From: an uncultured Chloroflexia bacterium
GTDB taxonomy: Bacteria > Chloroflexota > Limnocylindria > Limnocylindrales > CSP1-4
Direction of reading: 5' to 3'
DNA length: 64,000 bases
Assembly: GCA_963766735.1 (NCBI GenBank)
Contig: CAVYBU010000019.1
Location: forward strand, 32,001 to 96,000
Shown here: in pieces, positions 23,723 to 32,883 of the stretch
Layout of the letters: the number at the start of each line of letters is the position of its first letter
How positions within the stretch are numbered: the stretch's first letter is position 1
Translations under genes and position numbers: made by a program
The notes under the pieces: model-generated
The model's database searches: none
Told to the model about the DNA's origin: nothing
The model's input: the letters and a program-made list of their open reading frames with translations, nothing else

Positions 23723-24172
23723 ATGCGTCTCGAACTCACCAAGCGCGGCGACTACGCCGTGCGCGCCATGCTCGCCCTCGCCCGGGGCAACGGCAACGGG
23801 CTGCTGTCCGCGCGCCGGATCTCGGACGCCATGGGCATCCCGGTCCGGTTCCTCCCCCAGGTGCTGGCCGACCTCCAGCGCGCCGGGCTGGTCGAGGCGT
23901 CGGCCGGCCGCAGCGGCGGCTACAGGCTGGCGAGGGACCCGGGGACGGTCACCCTGCTCGAGGTGATCGAGGCCGTCGAGGGCGACACCCGCCGGCGATC
24001 GTGCGTGCTGCGCGGCGTTCCGTGCGGAGTCGACGGCAACTGTGACGTCCACGACGTCTTCTTCGAGGGGCAGGAGGCGCTGCGCGGCACCTTCGCCCGG
24101 TCCACGCTGGCAGATCTCGCGGGGCCCGCCACCGCGGCGGCGCTCGACGGGGCGCCCGCAGGCCAGGGCTAG
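23723..24172 (+). CDS. Rrf2 family transcriptional regulator (three Cys, putative Fe-S)
   Basis: DYAVRAM, GGYRLAR, LLEVIEAVEG, CVLRGVPCGVDGNCDVH. Confidence 0.92.
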   Translation: MRLELTKRGDYAVRAMLALARGNGNGLLSARRISDAMGIPVRFLPQVLADLQRAGLVEASAGRSGGYRLARDPGTVTLLEVIEAVEGDTRRRSCVLRGVPCGVDGNCDVHDVFFEGQEALRGTFARSTLADLAGPATAAALDGAPAGQG

Positions 24173-25170
24173 AGCGGCAGGAGCGTTCCCAGGCCCTTCT
24201 CTTCGGCTGCGCGGAGGACAAGCGGTGCGACGGCGATGTCGTCCAGGGCGAGCCCCAGGTTGCACGCCATCGTCCGCTGCTCGACCGATGTCCGTCCTGG
24301 CCGGGCACCGACCACGAGCTGGCCGAGGTCGGCGGCAATCGGTGGAATGTCGCGGAAGTACCCGATCCCCCGGAAGTGCTCCAGCTGGGGGACGTCGTCC
24401 GTCGTGAACAGGTCGAGCTCGCGGAGGGCGGCGGGGTCCCAGTAGCTGTCGAAGTCGACGGCCGAGGCGAAGGCACCCGGTGCCATCCATCCCCCCTTGA
24501 TCGAGGCGTGAGGCGTGTGCACGATCGGCCCCGAGGTGACGATCACGTCCGCGCCCCGGACGGCCGACTCCGGATCGGCCGCGGCCGTGACCTCGATCCC
24601 GTGACGAGCGCGGACCCCCTCCACGAACGCCGCGACACGAGCCGGGTCGGGATCGAACGCGCGGATGGTGGTGAGGCCCGGCAGGACCGCCCGCAGGGAA
24701 TCGACGTGAAACGACCCCTGGACGCCGCAGGCGAGGATCGCGAGCACCGACGAGTCCGGGCGAGCCAGGTGTCTCGCCGACACCGCTGACGCGGCGGCCG
24801 TCCGCGCACCGGTGATCCAGGTGGCATCCATGACCGAGATCGGGATACCCGTCGCCGGGTCGTTGAGGATCAGGAGGCCGGTGATGTACGGCAGGCCAAG
24901 CGCCTGGTTGCCGGGATAGCCGCTGATCCACTTGATCCCGACGGCACCGAGGCCCGGGATCGAGGCCGGCATCGCGTGAATGAAGTTGTCGCCCTCGCCC
25001 GGATGGACGCCCGGCTTGGGCGGCATCTCCACCCGGCCGTTCCCCTTCTCGCGGAACCCCGTCTCGACCGCCTCGATGACCGCGTCCATGGTGACGCCGG
25101 CCGCTTCGACGTCTGCGCGGGAGAGATAGCGGATCGTGAGGGGGTCACGGGTGACGGACGACGGGGTCAT
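24169..25170 (-). CDS. Ornithine cyclodeaminase/mu-crystallin family protein (imine reductase-like)
   Basis: HAMPA, KWISGYPGN, ITGARTAAAS, GLALDDIA. Confidence 0.88.
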   Translation of the reverse strand: MTPSSVTRDPLTIRYLSRADVEAAGVTMDAVIEAVETGFREKGNGRVEMPPKPGVHPGEGDNFIHAMPASIPGLGAVGIKWISGYPGNQALGLPYITGLLILNDPATGIPISVMDATWITGARTAAASAVSARHLARPDSSVLAILACGVQGSFHVDSLRAVLPGLTTIRAFDPDPARVAAFVEGVRARHGIEVTAAADPESAVRGADVIVTSGPIVHTPHASIKGGWMAPGAFASAVDFDSYWDPAALRELDLFTTDDVPQLEHFRGIGYFRDIPPIAADLGQLVVGARPGRTSVEQRTMACNLGLALDDIAVAPLVLRAAEEKGLGTLLPL

Positions 25171-25356
25171 GTGGTCGCTCCTGCCGGGCCGCGCCTGGGG
25201 TGGCTCGCGACGAGACGCCTGGTCTGCCGGCGCGTGACCCCACGATAGCGCCGCGGGCCCACGATGGCGCTGGCGGTGGACGACTCCGGCGGCGGTGGCC
25301 AGTCGGTGTCAGCGGCCCCTCGGCGGCGGCGCGGCGGCGGCGGCGGCGCGGCGGCG

Positions 25357-26136
25357 TCAGCCCGCCTGGCGAAGGCTCTGCGAGATCCGTGCCGCGGCGG
25401 CCACGACGTCGGCGGCGATCCGATCCCGCGCCGTCGCTCCGTCCCGACCCGACGAACCCTCGGCGTCCGGGAAGCGATAGGACGGGCCGTGGACGTGGAT
25501 CGCCCCGATGACCTCTCCGCCCTCGTCGGCAAGGGCCGCGGCCACCGAGCTGATCCCCAGGGCAACTTCGTCCCGGGTCCAGGCGTAGCCATCCAGGCGG
25601 GCGAGCCGGATCCGCTCCCGGACCATCTCCGGATCAGTGACGGTCGACGGCGTGAAGCGCTCGAGGGGTCCGGCCAGGAACCGGTCCACGTCGGCGGGAG
25701 GCATGTGGGCGAGGATGACGAGGCCCGACGAGACCGCGTGCATCGGCAGGCGAGTACCGGTCCAGTCGCGGATCCCGACAGGGTTCGCGCTGTCCTTCTG
25801 GTCGACGTAGTGCACCAGGCGCCCGTCCGGGATGGACAGCCCGGCGGCTTCTCCGATCAGGCCGGCGAGGCTGACGAGCTGCGGCCGGGCCAGCGCGATC
25901 AGGCTGCCCGGCGGCCGAACGCCGGCGGCGAGGGTGACCAGCCGGCTCCCGATCCGGTAGTCCGTTCCGCCCGGCATCTGCTCCGCGGCGCCCTCGGACA
26001 CCAGCGCGGCGAGGAGACGCGCGACGGTGCTCTTGGGCAGGCGGACCCGATCGGCCACCCCGGTCACGCCGATCGGCCCGTCACCCAACGCCCCGAGGAT
26101 GGCGAAGGCCCGTTCGATGGATTGGACTCTGGACAT
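25357..26136 (-). CDS. IclR family transcriptional regulator
   Basis: VQSIERAFAIL, LPKSTVARLL, LPMHAVSSG, GISSVAA, GPSYRF. Confidence 0.93.
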   Translation of the reverse strand: MSRVQSIERAFAILGALGDGPIGVTGVADRVRLPKSTVARLLAALVSEGAAEQMPGGTDYRIGSRLVTLAAGVRPPGSLIALARPQLVSLAGLIGEAAGLSIPDGRLVHYVDQKDSANPVGIRDWTGTRLPMHAVSSGLVILAHMPPADVDRFLAGPLERFTPSTVTDPEMVRERIRLARLDGYAWTRDEVALGISSVAAALADEGGEVIGAIHVHGPSYRFPDAEGSSGRDGATARDRIAADVVAAAARISQSLRQAG

Positions 26137-26172
26137 CGGTGGCTCCAGGGACTACGCTGCCGGTGTTCGCGC

Positions 26173-26207
26173 GTTCCATCATACGGCACCGTTCCACATT
26201 GTGGAAC
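26173..26207. promoter_or_regulatory. Candidate IclR operator: palindrome GTTCCACA-T-TGTGGAAC (26191-26207) plus degenerate copy GTTCCATCATACGGCAC (26173-26189)
   Basis: 17-bp palindrome in the divergent iclR/corrinoid-operon spacer. Confidence 0.65.
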
Positions 26208-26324
26208 CCGCGAGAGATCGGCCGGCGCCAGACGACCGGCCCCACCGACGAGAACACCACCGACCACCGACCGACGGCCGCCCCCACCGTCGGAGCCGGG
26301 CCGGGCCGCAGGAGTGGGCCGAAC

Positions 26325-27020
26325 ATGACCGACGAGCAGGAACTCGAACTCGCCAGCCTGTCCGACAAGGACCTCGTCGAGCAGATGCACGACGACATGT
26401 ACGACGGGATGGCCGCGGAGATCGTCGCTGGGACGAACATCCTCCTCGAGCGCGGCTGGGGACCCGACCGGGTCCTGGCCGAGGCGCTCGTCGAGGGCAT
26501 GCGGATCGTCGGGGTGGATTTCCGCGACGGCATCCTGTTCGTGCCCGAGGTGCTCCTCGCCGCCAACGCGATGAAGGGCGGCATGGCCGTCCTGCGGCCT
26601 CTGCTGGCCGAGACCGGTGCCAAGCCGACTGGCAAGGTCGTGCTGGGCACCGTGAAGGGCGACATCCACGACATCGGCAAGAACCTGGTCGGGATGATGC
26701 TCGAGGGCGCCGGGTTCGAGGTCATCGACCTGGGCGTCAACACGGACGCGGCCAAGTTCCTCGCCGCGCTCGATGAGCACAAGCCGGACATCCTGGGCAT
26801 GTCGGCGCTCCTGACCACCACCATGCCGTACATGAAGGTCGTCATCCAGGCGCTCAAGGACCGCGGGGACCGGGACGACTACATCATCCTCGTCGGGGGC
26901 GCGCCGCTCAACGAGGAGTTCGGCCTCGCCGTCGGCGCCGACGCCTACTGCCGGGACGCGGCCGTGGCGTCCGAGACGGCACGCGCCTTCATCGACCAGC
27001 GACGTGCCGCCCAGGCCTGA
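26325..27020 (+). CDS. Corrinoid (B12-binding) methyl-carrier protein, MtbC/MttC-like
   Basis: Cap domain (FVPEVLLAANAMKGG) and B12 motif GDIHDIGKNLV, MSALLTTTM, VGGAP. Confidence 0.93.
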   Translation: MTDEQELELASLSDKDLVEQMHDDMYDGMAAEIVAGTNILLERGWGPDRVLAEALVEGMRIVGVDFRDGILFVPEVLLAANAMKGGMAVLRPLLAETGAKPTGKVVLGTVKGDIHDIGKNLVGMMLEGAGFEVIDLGVNTDAAKFLAALDEHKPDILGMSALLTTTMPYMKVVIQALKDRGDRDDYIILVGGAPLNEEFGLAVGADAYCRDAAVASETARAFIDQRRAAQA

Positions 27021-27753
27021 TCCGGTGGCAGGGTCGGAACGGAGCGCGTCCACGCTCGTCATCGGCTGCGGGGCCCTGGGCCGCGAGCTGGTGGAGCTGG
27101 TTGCCCGGGACGGGCTGGGCCACGTCGAGGTGCGCTGCCTGCCGGCCTCGCTCCACAACCGCCCGGAACGCATCCCGGCGGCGGTCGAGGACCTGGTCAT
27201 CGCGGCACAGGGCCGGTACGAGCGCATCTTCGTGGCGTACGGCGACTGCGGCACCGGCGGCGGGCTCGATCGCGTCCTGGCGACGCACGGGGTCGAGCGG
27301 CTGCCCGGCGCCCACTGCTACCAGTTCTACGCGGGGCTGGCCGCCTTCGACCGGATGGCCGAGGAGGAGCCCGGCACCTTCTACCTGACCGACTTCCTCG
27401 TCCGCAGCTTCGACCGCCTCGTCATCGCCGGCCTCGGGATCGATCGGCACCCGGACCTGCTGCCGCAGTATTTCGCCGGCTACCGACGCGTGGTCTACCT
27501 GTCCCAGCGCGATGATCCCGAGCTCCTGGCGGCGGCTCAACGGGCGGCCGAGAGGCTGGGCCTCGCCTTCGAGCACCGGCGCACGGGTCTCGGCGAGCTG
27601 GAGACCTCGATCGCGCGACTGGCATCGTCGGCAGCGGCCGCGGAGCCGGAGACCTCGATTCCGCGACTCGCATCGTCGGCAGCGGCCGCGGACCCGGCCC
27701 GGGCGGTTGCGGACCTCGCCCTGTCGCCGGCGGCCCCGGCCCGGGCGGCCTGA
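27004..27753 (+). CDS. DUF1638 domain protein
   Basis: IGCGAL, LHNRPERI, YGDCGTGG, HCY, GTFYLTDFL. Follows the corrinoid protein gene. Confidence 0.85.
   Translation: MPPRPDPVAGSERSASTLVIGCGALGRELVELVARDGLGHVEVRCLPASLHNRPERIPAAVEDLVIAAQGRYERIFVAYGDCGTGGGLDRVLATHGVERLPGAHCYQFYAGLAAFDRMAEEEPGTFYLTDFLVRSFDRLVIAGLGIDRHPDLLPQYFAGYRRVVYLSQRDDPELLAAAQRAAERLGLAFEHRRTGLGELETSIARLASSAAAAEPETSIPRLASSAAAADPARAVADLALSPAAPARAA
27601..27696 (+). repeat. 48-bp tandem duplication in the DUF1638 3' end
   Basis: ETSIARLASSAAAAEP / ETSIPRLASSAAAADP. Confidence 0.85.
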
Positions 27754-27754
27754 C

Positions 27755-28105
27755 GTGGCAACCCTGACCGTCATCTCGTGGCGGGCCATCCCCGCGCAGG
27801 TCATCGCCCGCGAGGGCCGGCGGACAGCGAAGGAGATGCTGGGCAACCGGTTCCAGGTCGCCGTCGATGGCGCCGCGACGCGCGCCGGCCTGGAGGACAT
27901 GGACACGTACCTCGCCGAGTGGCGGCGGACGGAGCGCCCGTGCGGCCCGGACCTGGAGGCCGAGGTGGCCACCGAGGTTGCCCGCATCGAGGAGCAGTTC
28001 ACGCAGGCGCGGCTGGCCGCGCTCACCGCCGGCCTCGGGTTTGCGGTCGAGGAAGACGCACCGCCGGGCAGCGGCCCCGCGCCACAGACGACGGAGGCAC
28101 CATGA
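27755..28105 (+). CDS. 'Virulence factor' domain (PF13769-like) small protein
   Basis: LTVISWRAIPAQV...RFQVAVDGAATRAG...YLAEWRR. GTG start right after the DUF1638 stop; ATGA overlap with the next gene. Confidence 0.8.
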   Translation: MATLTVISWRAIPAQVIAREGRRTAKEMLGNRFQVAVDGAATRAGLEDMDTYLAEWRRTERPCGPDLEAEVATEVARIEEQFTQARLAALTAGLGFAVEEDAPPGSGPAPQTTEAP

Positions 28106-29049
28106 CCCGGACCGTGATCAGCTCGGCGACCCGCGAGGTGGTCATCGGAGGCGATCGCCCATTCGTCATCATCGGCGAGCGGATCAACCCAACCGGCCGC
28201 AAGCTCCTCGCGGAGGAGATGCGCGCCGGCGACTTCAGCCGGGTGGAGCGCGACGTGATGGCCCAGGTGGAGGCCGGGGCACACATGCTCGACGTCAACG
28301 CCGGGATCCCCCTCGCCGACGAGCCGGCGATCCTGGCCCACACCGTCCGCCTGGTCCAGTCGCTGACCGATCTCCCGCTCTCGCTGGACTCGTCCGTCGT
28401 CGAGGCGCTCGAGGCGGGCCTGGCCGCCTACCAGGGCAAGGCGCTGGTCAACTCCGTCACCGGCGAGGACGAGCGCCTGGAGCGCGTGCTGCCGCTGATC
28501 CGCAAGTACGGCGCGGCCGTCGTGGCGATCTCCAACGACGACACCGGCATCTCCACCGACCCCGACGTCCGCTTCGCGGTGGCGAAGAAGATCGTCGAGC
28601 GGGCGGCGGACCACGGGATCCCGCGCGAGGACATCGTGGTGGATCCGCTCGTGATGCCGATCGGCGCCATGCGGACGGCCGGCGTCCAGGTGTTCCGCCT
28701 CCTCGGCCGGCTCCGCGACGAGCTGGGCGTCAACACCGTCTGCGGGGCGTCGAACGTGAGCTTCGGGCTGCCGCAGCGGGAGGGCATCAACGCCGCGTTC
28801 CTCGCGATGGCGATCTCGAACGGCCTGACCAGCGCGATCACGAACCCCCTGCTGCCGAACGTGCGCGAGGTGATCATGGCCGCGGACGTGCTGATGGGGA
28901 ACGACGCGGAATGCAGCCGCTGGATCCGCACCCACCGGGAGCCCACGGTGGAGGGCGAGGCCGGGCGCCGCGTCAACCGCCGCCGGACCGCTGCCGCGGC
29001 ACCCGCGGACGCTGGACCGGCCGCGGGTGCCGAACCTGCAGCAGGCTGA
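28102..29049 (+). CDS. Pterin-binding methyltetrahydrofolate:corrinoid methyltransferase (MeTr/AcsE-like)
   Basis: IIGERINPTGRK, LDVNAG, LSLDSS, LVNSV, VDPLV, GASNVSFGLP. Confidence 0.9.
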   Translation: MTRTVISSATREVVIGGDRPFVIIGERINPTGRKLLAEEMRAGDFSRVERDVMAQVEAGAHMLDVNAGIPLADEPAILAHTVRLVQSLTDLPLSLDSSVVEALEAGLAAYQGKALVNSVTGEDERLERVLPLIRKYGAAVVAISNDDTGISTDPDVRFAVAKKIVERAADHGIPREDIVVDPLVMPIGAMRTAGVQVFRLLGRLRDELGVNTVCGASNVSFGLPQREGINAAFLAMAISNGLTSAITNPLLPNVREVIMAADVLMGNDAECSRWIRTHREPTVEGEAGRRVNRRRTAAAAPADAGPAAGAEPAAG

Positions 29050-29059
29050 GCGCGAAGCC

Positions 29060-31102
29060 GTGGCGGGATCGCCGGATCCTCTGGTCATCTTCACGCCCTC
29101 TGGTCGCCGAGGGCGGTTCCCGGCCGGCACGAGCGTCCTGGACGCAGCCCGGTCGCTGGGCGTCGACGTCGACTCGGTCTGCGGGGGTCGCGGGATCTGC
29201 GGCCGCTGCCAGGTGGAGCAGAGCGTCGGCGCCTTTCCGAAGCACGGCATCACGTCCCTCCCCGGCCACCTGACCGCGCCCGACGCGGTCGAGCACGCGT
29301 ACGCGGAGCGCCGCGGCCTCGACGACGGACGGCGCCTCTCCTGCGCGGCCGCGATCACCGGCGACGCGGTCATCGACGTGCCGGCCGGCAGCCAGGTCCA
29401 CCGCCAGGTGGTCCGCAAGGAGCTCGAGGTCCGGCCCTTCGACCTCGATCCCGTCGTGCGCCTGCACTACGTGGAGGCGGCCCCGCCCGACCTCGCGTCA
29501 CCGGCCTCGGACCTGGTCCGGGTCCTCGATGCCCTCGAGCGCGAGTGGGGCCTGCGGGGGCTCGAGGTGGACCTGGCCACGACGCGCGCACTGCAGGCGG
29601 CCGTCCTCGAGGGCAACGGTGCGGTGACCGTGGCGGTGCACGGCGGGCGCTCGATGATCGCCGCCTGGCCCGGCTTCCGTGACCGCGCCTTCGGGGTGGC
29701 GGTGGACGTCGGGTCCACGACCATCGCCGGACACCTGGCCAGCCTGCTGGACGGGACGGTGCTCGCCTCAGCGGGAACGATGAACCCGCAGATCCGCTTC
29801 GGCGAGGATCTCATGAGCCGCGTCTCGTACGCGATGCTCCACGAGGACGGGGCCGCCGACATGACGCGCGCCGTCCGAACCGCGCTCCGGGGCCTGATCG
29901 CGGAGCTGGCCGAGACGGCCGACGTCGCCACGGACGAGGTCCTGGAGATCGTCCTGGTCGGCAACCCGATCATGCACCACCTGGTCCTCGGCCTGGACCC
30001 CACGCCCCTGGGCCAGTCGCCGTTCACCCTCGCCACGGAGCGGGCCGTCCATACGACAGCGGCGGAGCTGGATCTCGGAGCACACGCCGGCGCGCGCGTG
30101 TACGTGCTGCCGTGCATCGCGGGCCACGTGGGTGCGGACACCGCCGGCGTGATCCTGGCCGAGCAGCCCCACCTCTCCGACACGATCCGCCTGATCGTGG
30201 ACGTGGGCACCAACGCGGAGCTCGTGCTGGGCAACCGGACCCGGCTCCTCGCCGCGTCGAGCCCGACCGGGCCCGCCTTCGAGGGTGCCCAGATCAGCGC
30301 CGGCCAGCGCGCGGCGCCGGGCGCCATTGAGCGGGTGCGGATCGACCCGGTCACGCTGGAGCCGCGGTACCGGGTGATCGGCTGCGAGCTGTGGTCCGAC
30401 GAGCCCGGGTTCACCGAGGCCACCGGCGAAACGGGCGTCACGGGCATCTGCGGTTCCGGGATCATCGAAGCGATCGCCGAGCTGTTCCTGGCCGGCGTTG
30501 TCACGGCCGACGGGATCCTGGACGGCCGCACGGCCGGACGCACCCCGCGCGTGGTCGAGGACGGGCGGACGTTCGCCTACGTGCTGGCCGACGGCCCGCC
30601 GACGATCATGGTGACGCAGGGCGACGTCCGCGCGATCCAGCTGGCGAAGGCGGCGCTCTACGCCGGCGCGCGGCTGCTCATGGACGCATACGGTGTGGAG
30701 GCCGTGGACGAGGTCCGGCTGGCCGGCGCGTTCGGCAGCCACATCGACGTGAAGCACGCGATGGTGCTCGGGCTCGTCCCGGACTGCGATCTCGACCGGG
30801 TAGGCTCGGCCGGCAACGCCGCCGGCGCCGGCGCGCTCATCGCACTGCTGTCGGGCGCCTCTCGCGCCGAGATCGAGGAGGTTGTCCGCGGCGTCACCAA
30901 GCTCGAGACCGCCATCGAGCCGCGCTTCCAGGAGCACTTCGTGGAAGCCCTGGCCATCCCCCACCGAACCGCCACCTATCCAAACCTGGCCCGCGTCGTC
31001 GATCTTCCGGAACGTCCGGAGACCGGTCGCGTCGGGCAGGACGAACGCACCCAGCGACGCCGGCGACGCATGCCCGTCGCCGCCCACGAGGAGGACCGAT
31101 GA
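29060..31102 (+). CDS. ASKHA-family ATP-dependent reductive activator of corrinoid proteins (RACo/RamA-like, N-terminal 2Fe-2S)
   Basis: CGGRGICGRC...RLSC ferredoxin, DVGSTT, GHVGAD, DVGTNAE, GPAFEG, GICGSG, LAGAFG. Confidence 0.92.
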   Translation: MAGSPDPLVIFTPSGRRGRFPAGTSVLDAARSLGVDVDSVCGGRGICGRCQVEQSVGAFPKHGITSLPGHLTAPDAVEHAYAERRGLDDGRRLSCAAAITGDAVIDVPAGSQVHRQVVRKELEVRPFDLDPVVRLHYVEAAPPDLASPASDLVRVLDALEREWGLRGLEVDLATTRALQAAVLEGNGAVTVAVHGGRSMIAAWPGFRDRAFGVAVDVGSTTIAGHLASLLDGTVLASAGTMNPQIRFGEDLMSRVSYAMLHEDGAADMTRAVRTALRGLIAELAETADVATDEVLEIVLVGNPIMHHLVLGLDPTPLGQSPFTLATERAVHTTAAELDLGAHAGARVYVLPCIAGHVGADTAGVILAEQPHLSDTIRLIVDVGTNAELVLGNRTRLLAASSPTGPAFEGAQISAGQRAAPGAIERVRIDPVTLEPRYRVIGCELWSDEPGFTEATGETGVTGICGSGIIEAIAELFLAGVVTADGILDGRTAGRTPRVVEDGRTFAYVLADGPPTIMVTQGDVRAIQLAKAALYAGARLLMDAYGVEAVDEVRLAGAFGSHIDVKHAMVLGLVPDCDLDRVGSAGNAAGAGALIALLSGASRAEIEEVVRGVTKLETAIEPRFQEHFVEALAIPHRTATYPNLARVVDLPERPETGRVGQDERTQRRRRRMPVAAHEEDR

Positions 31103-32640
31103 CCGAGGAGCTCCACACCCGTCGCGCCGGGGGCCGCGCCGCACGGCAGGCCGCCCGCGCCCATGCCGCCATCGAGCGCGTGCCGTTCCTGACCCGGACC
31201 CTCAGGCCGTTCGAGGTCCTGGACGAGGAGGGCCTCTCCCTCCTCGAGCACAACGCCGACGTGATCCTCCAGGAGGTGGGGCTCGAGTTCCGCGGAGACC
31301 CGGACGCGCTCCGGCTCATGCGGGAGGCCGGCGCCGACGTCCAGGGGGAGCGGGTCCGGTTCCCGATGGGCATGTGCCGCGCGATCGTGCAGGCATCCGC
31401 CCCGTCCTCGTACGTCCAGCACGCCCGCAACCCGGAGCGCAGCGTGACCATGGGCGGGATGCACACCGTGTTCGCGCCCGCCTACGGCTCGCCGTTCGTC
31501 CGCGACCTGGACGGCGGGCGCCGGTACGGGACCATCGAGGACTTCCGCAACTTCGTGAAGCTGGCCTACCTGAGCCCGCACCTCCACCACTCGGGCGGAA
31601 CCGTGTGCGAGCCGGTGGACGTGCCGGTCAACAAGCGCCACCTGGACATGGTCTACAGCCACATGCGCGACTCGGACAAGCCGTTCATGGGCTCCGTGAC
31701 GACGCCGGATCGGGCGCTCGACACCGTGGCCATGGCCCGGATCCTGTTCGGAGAGGCCTTCGTCCGCGACAACACGGTGATCACCAGCCTCATCAACGCC
31801 AACTCGCCGCTGGTCTGGGACTCGACGATGCTGGGCGCCGCCCGCGCCTACGCCGAGGCCAACCAGGCCACGCTCATCACGCCGTTCATCCTCGCCGGGG
31901 CCATGTCGCCCGTGACGGTCGCCGGTGCGGCCGCGCAGACGCTGGCGGAGGCGCTGGGCGGCATGACGTTCGTCCAGCTCATCCGACCCGGCGCGCCCGT
32001 GATCATGGGCTCCTTCGCCAGCTCGATGTCCATGCAGTCGGGCGCCCCGACCTTCGGCACGCCGGAGCCGGCGCTCGTGCTGTACGTCATGGCCGCGCTC
32101 GCCCGCCGCCTCGGGGTCCCGTTCCGCTCGGGCGGCAGCCTGTGCGGCTCCAAGGTCGCCGATGCCCAGGCGGCCTACGAGTCGGCGGCAACCCTCCAGC
32201 CGACGGTCCTCGCCGGCACCAACTTCGTCCTGCACGCCGCAGGCTGGCTCGAGGGCGGCCTCACGATGGGCTACGAGAAGTTCATCCTCGATGCTGACCA
32301 GTGCGGGATGGCGGGCGTCTTCGTTCGGGGCGTGGACATGTCCGAGAACGGACAGGCGCTCGACGCCATCCGGGAGAACGGCCCAGGGCAGCACTTCCTC
32401 GGTACGGCGCACACGCTGGCCAACTTCGAGACGGCCTTCTACCGCTCGGAGGTCACCGACAACAACAGCTTCGAGCAGTGGCTCGAGGACGGCAGCCTGG
32501 ACGCGCCCGCCCGCGCCAACAAGGTCTGGAAGCGGATGCTCGCTTCCTACGAGGCACCGCCGATCGACCCGGGAGTCGACGAGGCGCTGCGCGACTTCAT
32601 CGCACGCAAGAAGGCCTCGATGCCGGACCTGGCCGAGTAG
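31099..32640 (+). CDS. Non-pyrrolysine MttB-superfamily methyltransferase (MtgB-like, candidate glycine betaine:corrinoid MT)
   Basis: CEPVDVP, NANSPL, GAMSPVT, GAPTFGTPE, SKVADAQAAYES, HAAGWLEGGL. No in-frame TAG. Confidence 0.9.
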   Translation: MTEELHTRRAGGRAARQAARAHAAIERVPFLTRTLRPFEVLDEEGLSLLEHNADVILQEVGLEFRGDPDALRLMREAGADVQGERVRFPMGMCRAIVQASAPSSYVQHARNPERSVTMGGMHTVFAPAYGSPFVRDLDGGRRYGTIEDFRNFVKLAYLSPHLHHSGGTVCEPVDVPVNKRHLDMVYSHMRDSDKPFMGSVTTPDRALDTVAMARILFGEAFVRDNTVITSLINANSPLVWDSTMLGAARAYAEANQATLITPFILAGAMSPVTVAGAAAQTLAEALGGMTFVQLIRPGAPVIMGSFASSMSMQSGAPTFGTPEPALVLYVMAALARRLGVPFRSGGSLCGSKVADAQAAYESAATLQPTVLAGTNFVLHAAGWLEGGLTMGYEKFILDADQCGMAGVFVRGVDMSENGQALDAIRENGPGQHFLGTAHTLANFETAFYRSEVTDNNSFEQWLEDGSLDAPARANKVWKRMLASYEAPPIDPGVDEALRDFIARKKASMPDLAE

Positions 32641-32811
32641 CGCATGGGCCCGGTTCCGGCCGGTTTCGGCGGGAATCGCCGGTCTCCGGCGGGGATCGCC
32701 GGCCCGCCCGCCGCACTTCTCCATGTGACCGGGCGCCGGGATGGGCATACTGTGCCCTTCTCCGGCGACCCACGCCTCTGGCGCGCCGGGACAGGAGGAG
32801 GAGCCGGCTTC

Positions 32812-32883
32812 GTGGTTGATGGACGCGCGTACCCTGCCAGCGCCGGGAGGCGCAGCCAGACCGGGACGCGGCACGCGGCATGA
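32812..32883 (+). CDS. Candidate 23-aa upstream ORF coupled to proV
   Basis: SD GGAGGAGGAG (32794-32803) 8 nt before GTG. Stop overlaps the proV ATG (ATGA). Confidence 0.35.
   Translation: MVDGRAYPASAGRRSQTGTRHAA

Noticed and set aside
25321-25356. GGC microsatellite downstream of iclR
   Set aside because: Short, interrupted, intergenic low-complexity tract expected in GC-rich DNA, with no sign of phase variation.
26137-26324. Cobalamin or SAM riboswitch upstream of the corrinoid operon
   Set aside because: No B12-box or SAM-riboswitch core is recognisable; the palindromic operator explains the region better.
27755-28105. Pathogenicity role for the 'virulence factor' domain protein
   Set aside because: The name is a legacy family label; its context is entirely corrinoid/C1 metabolism.
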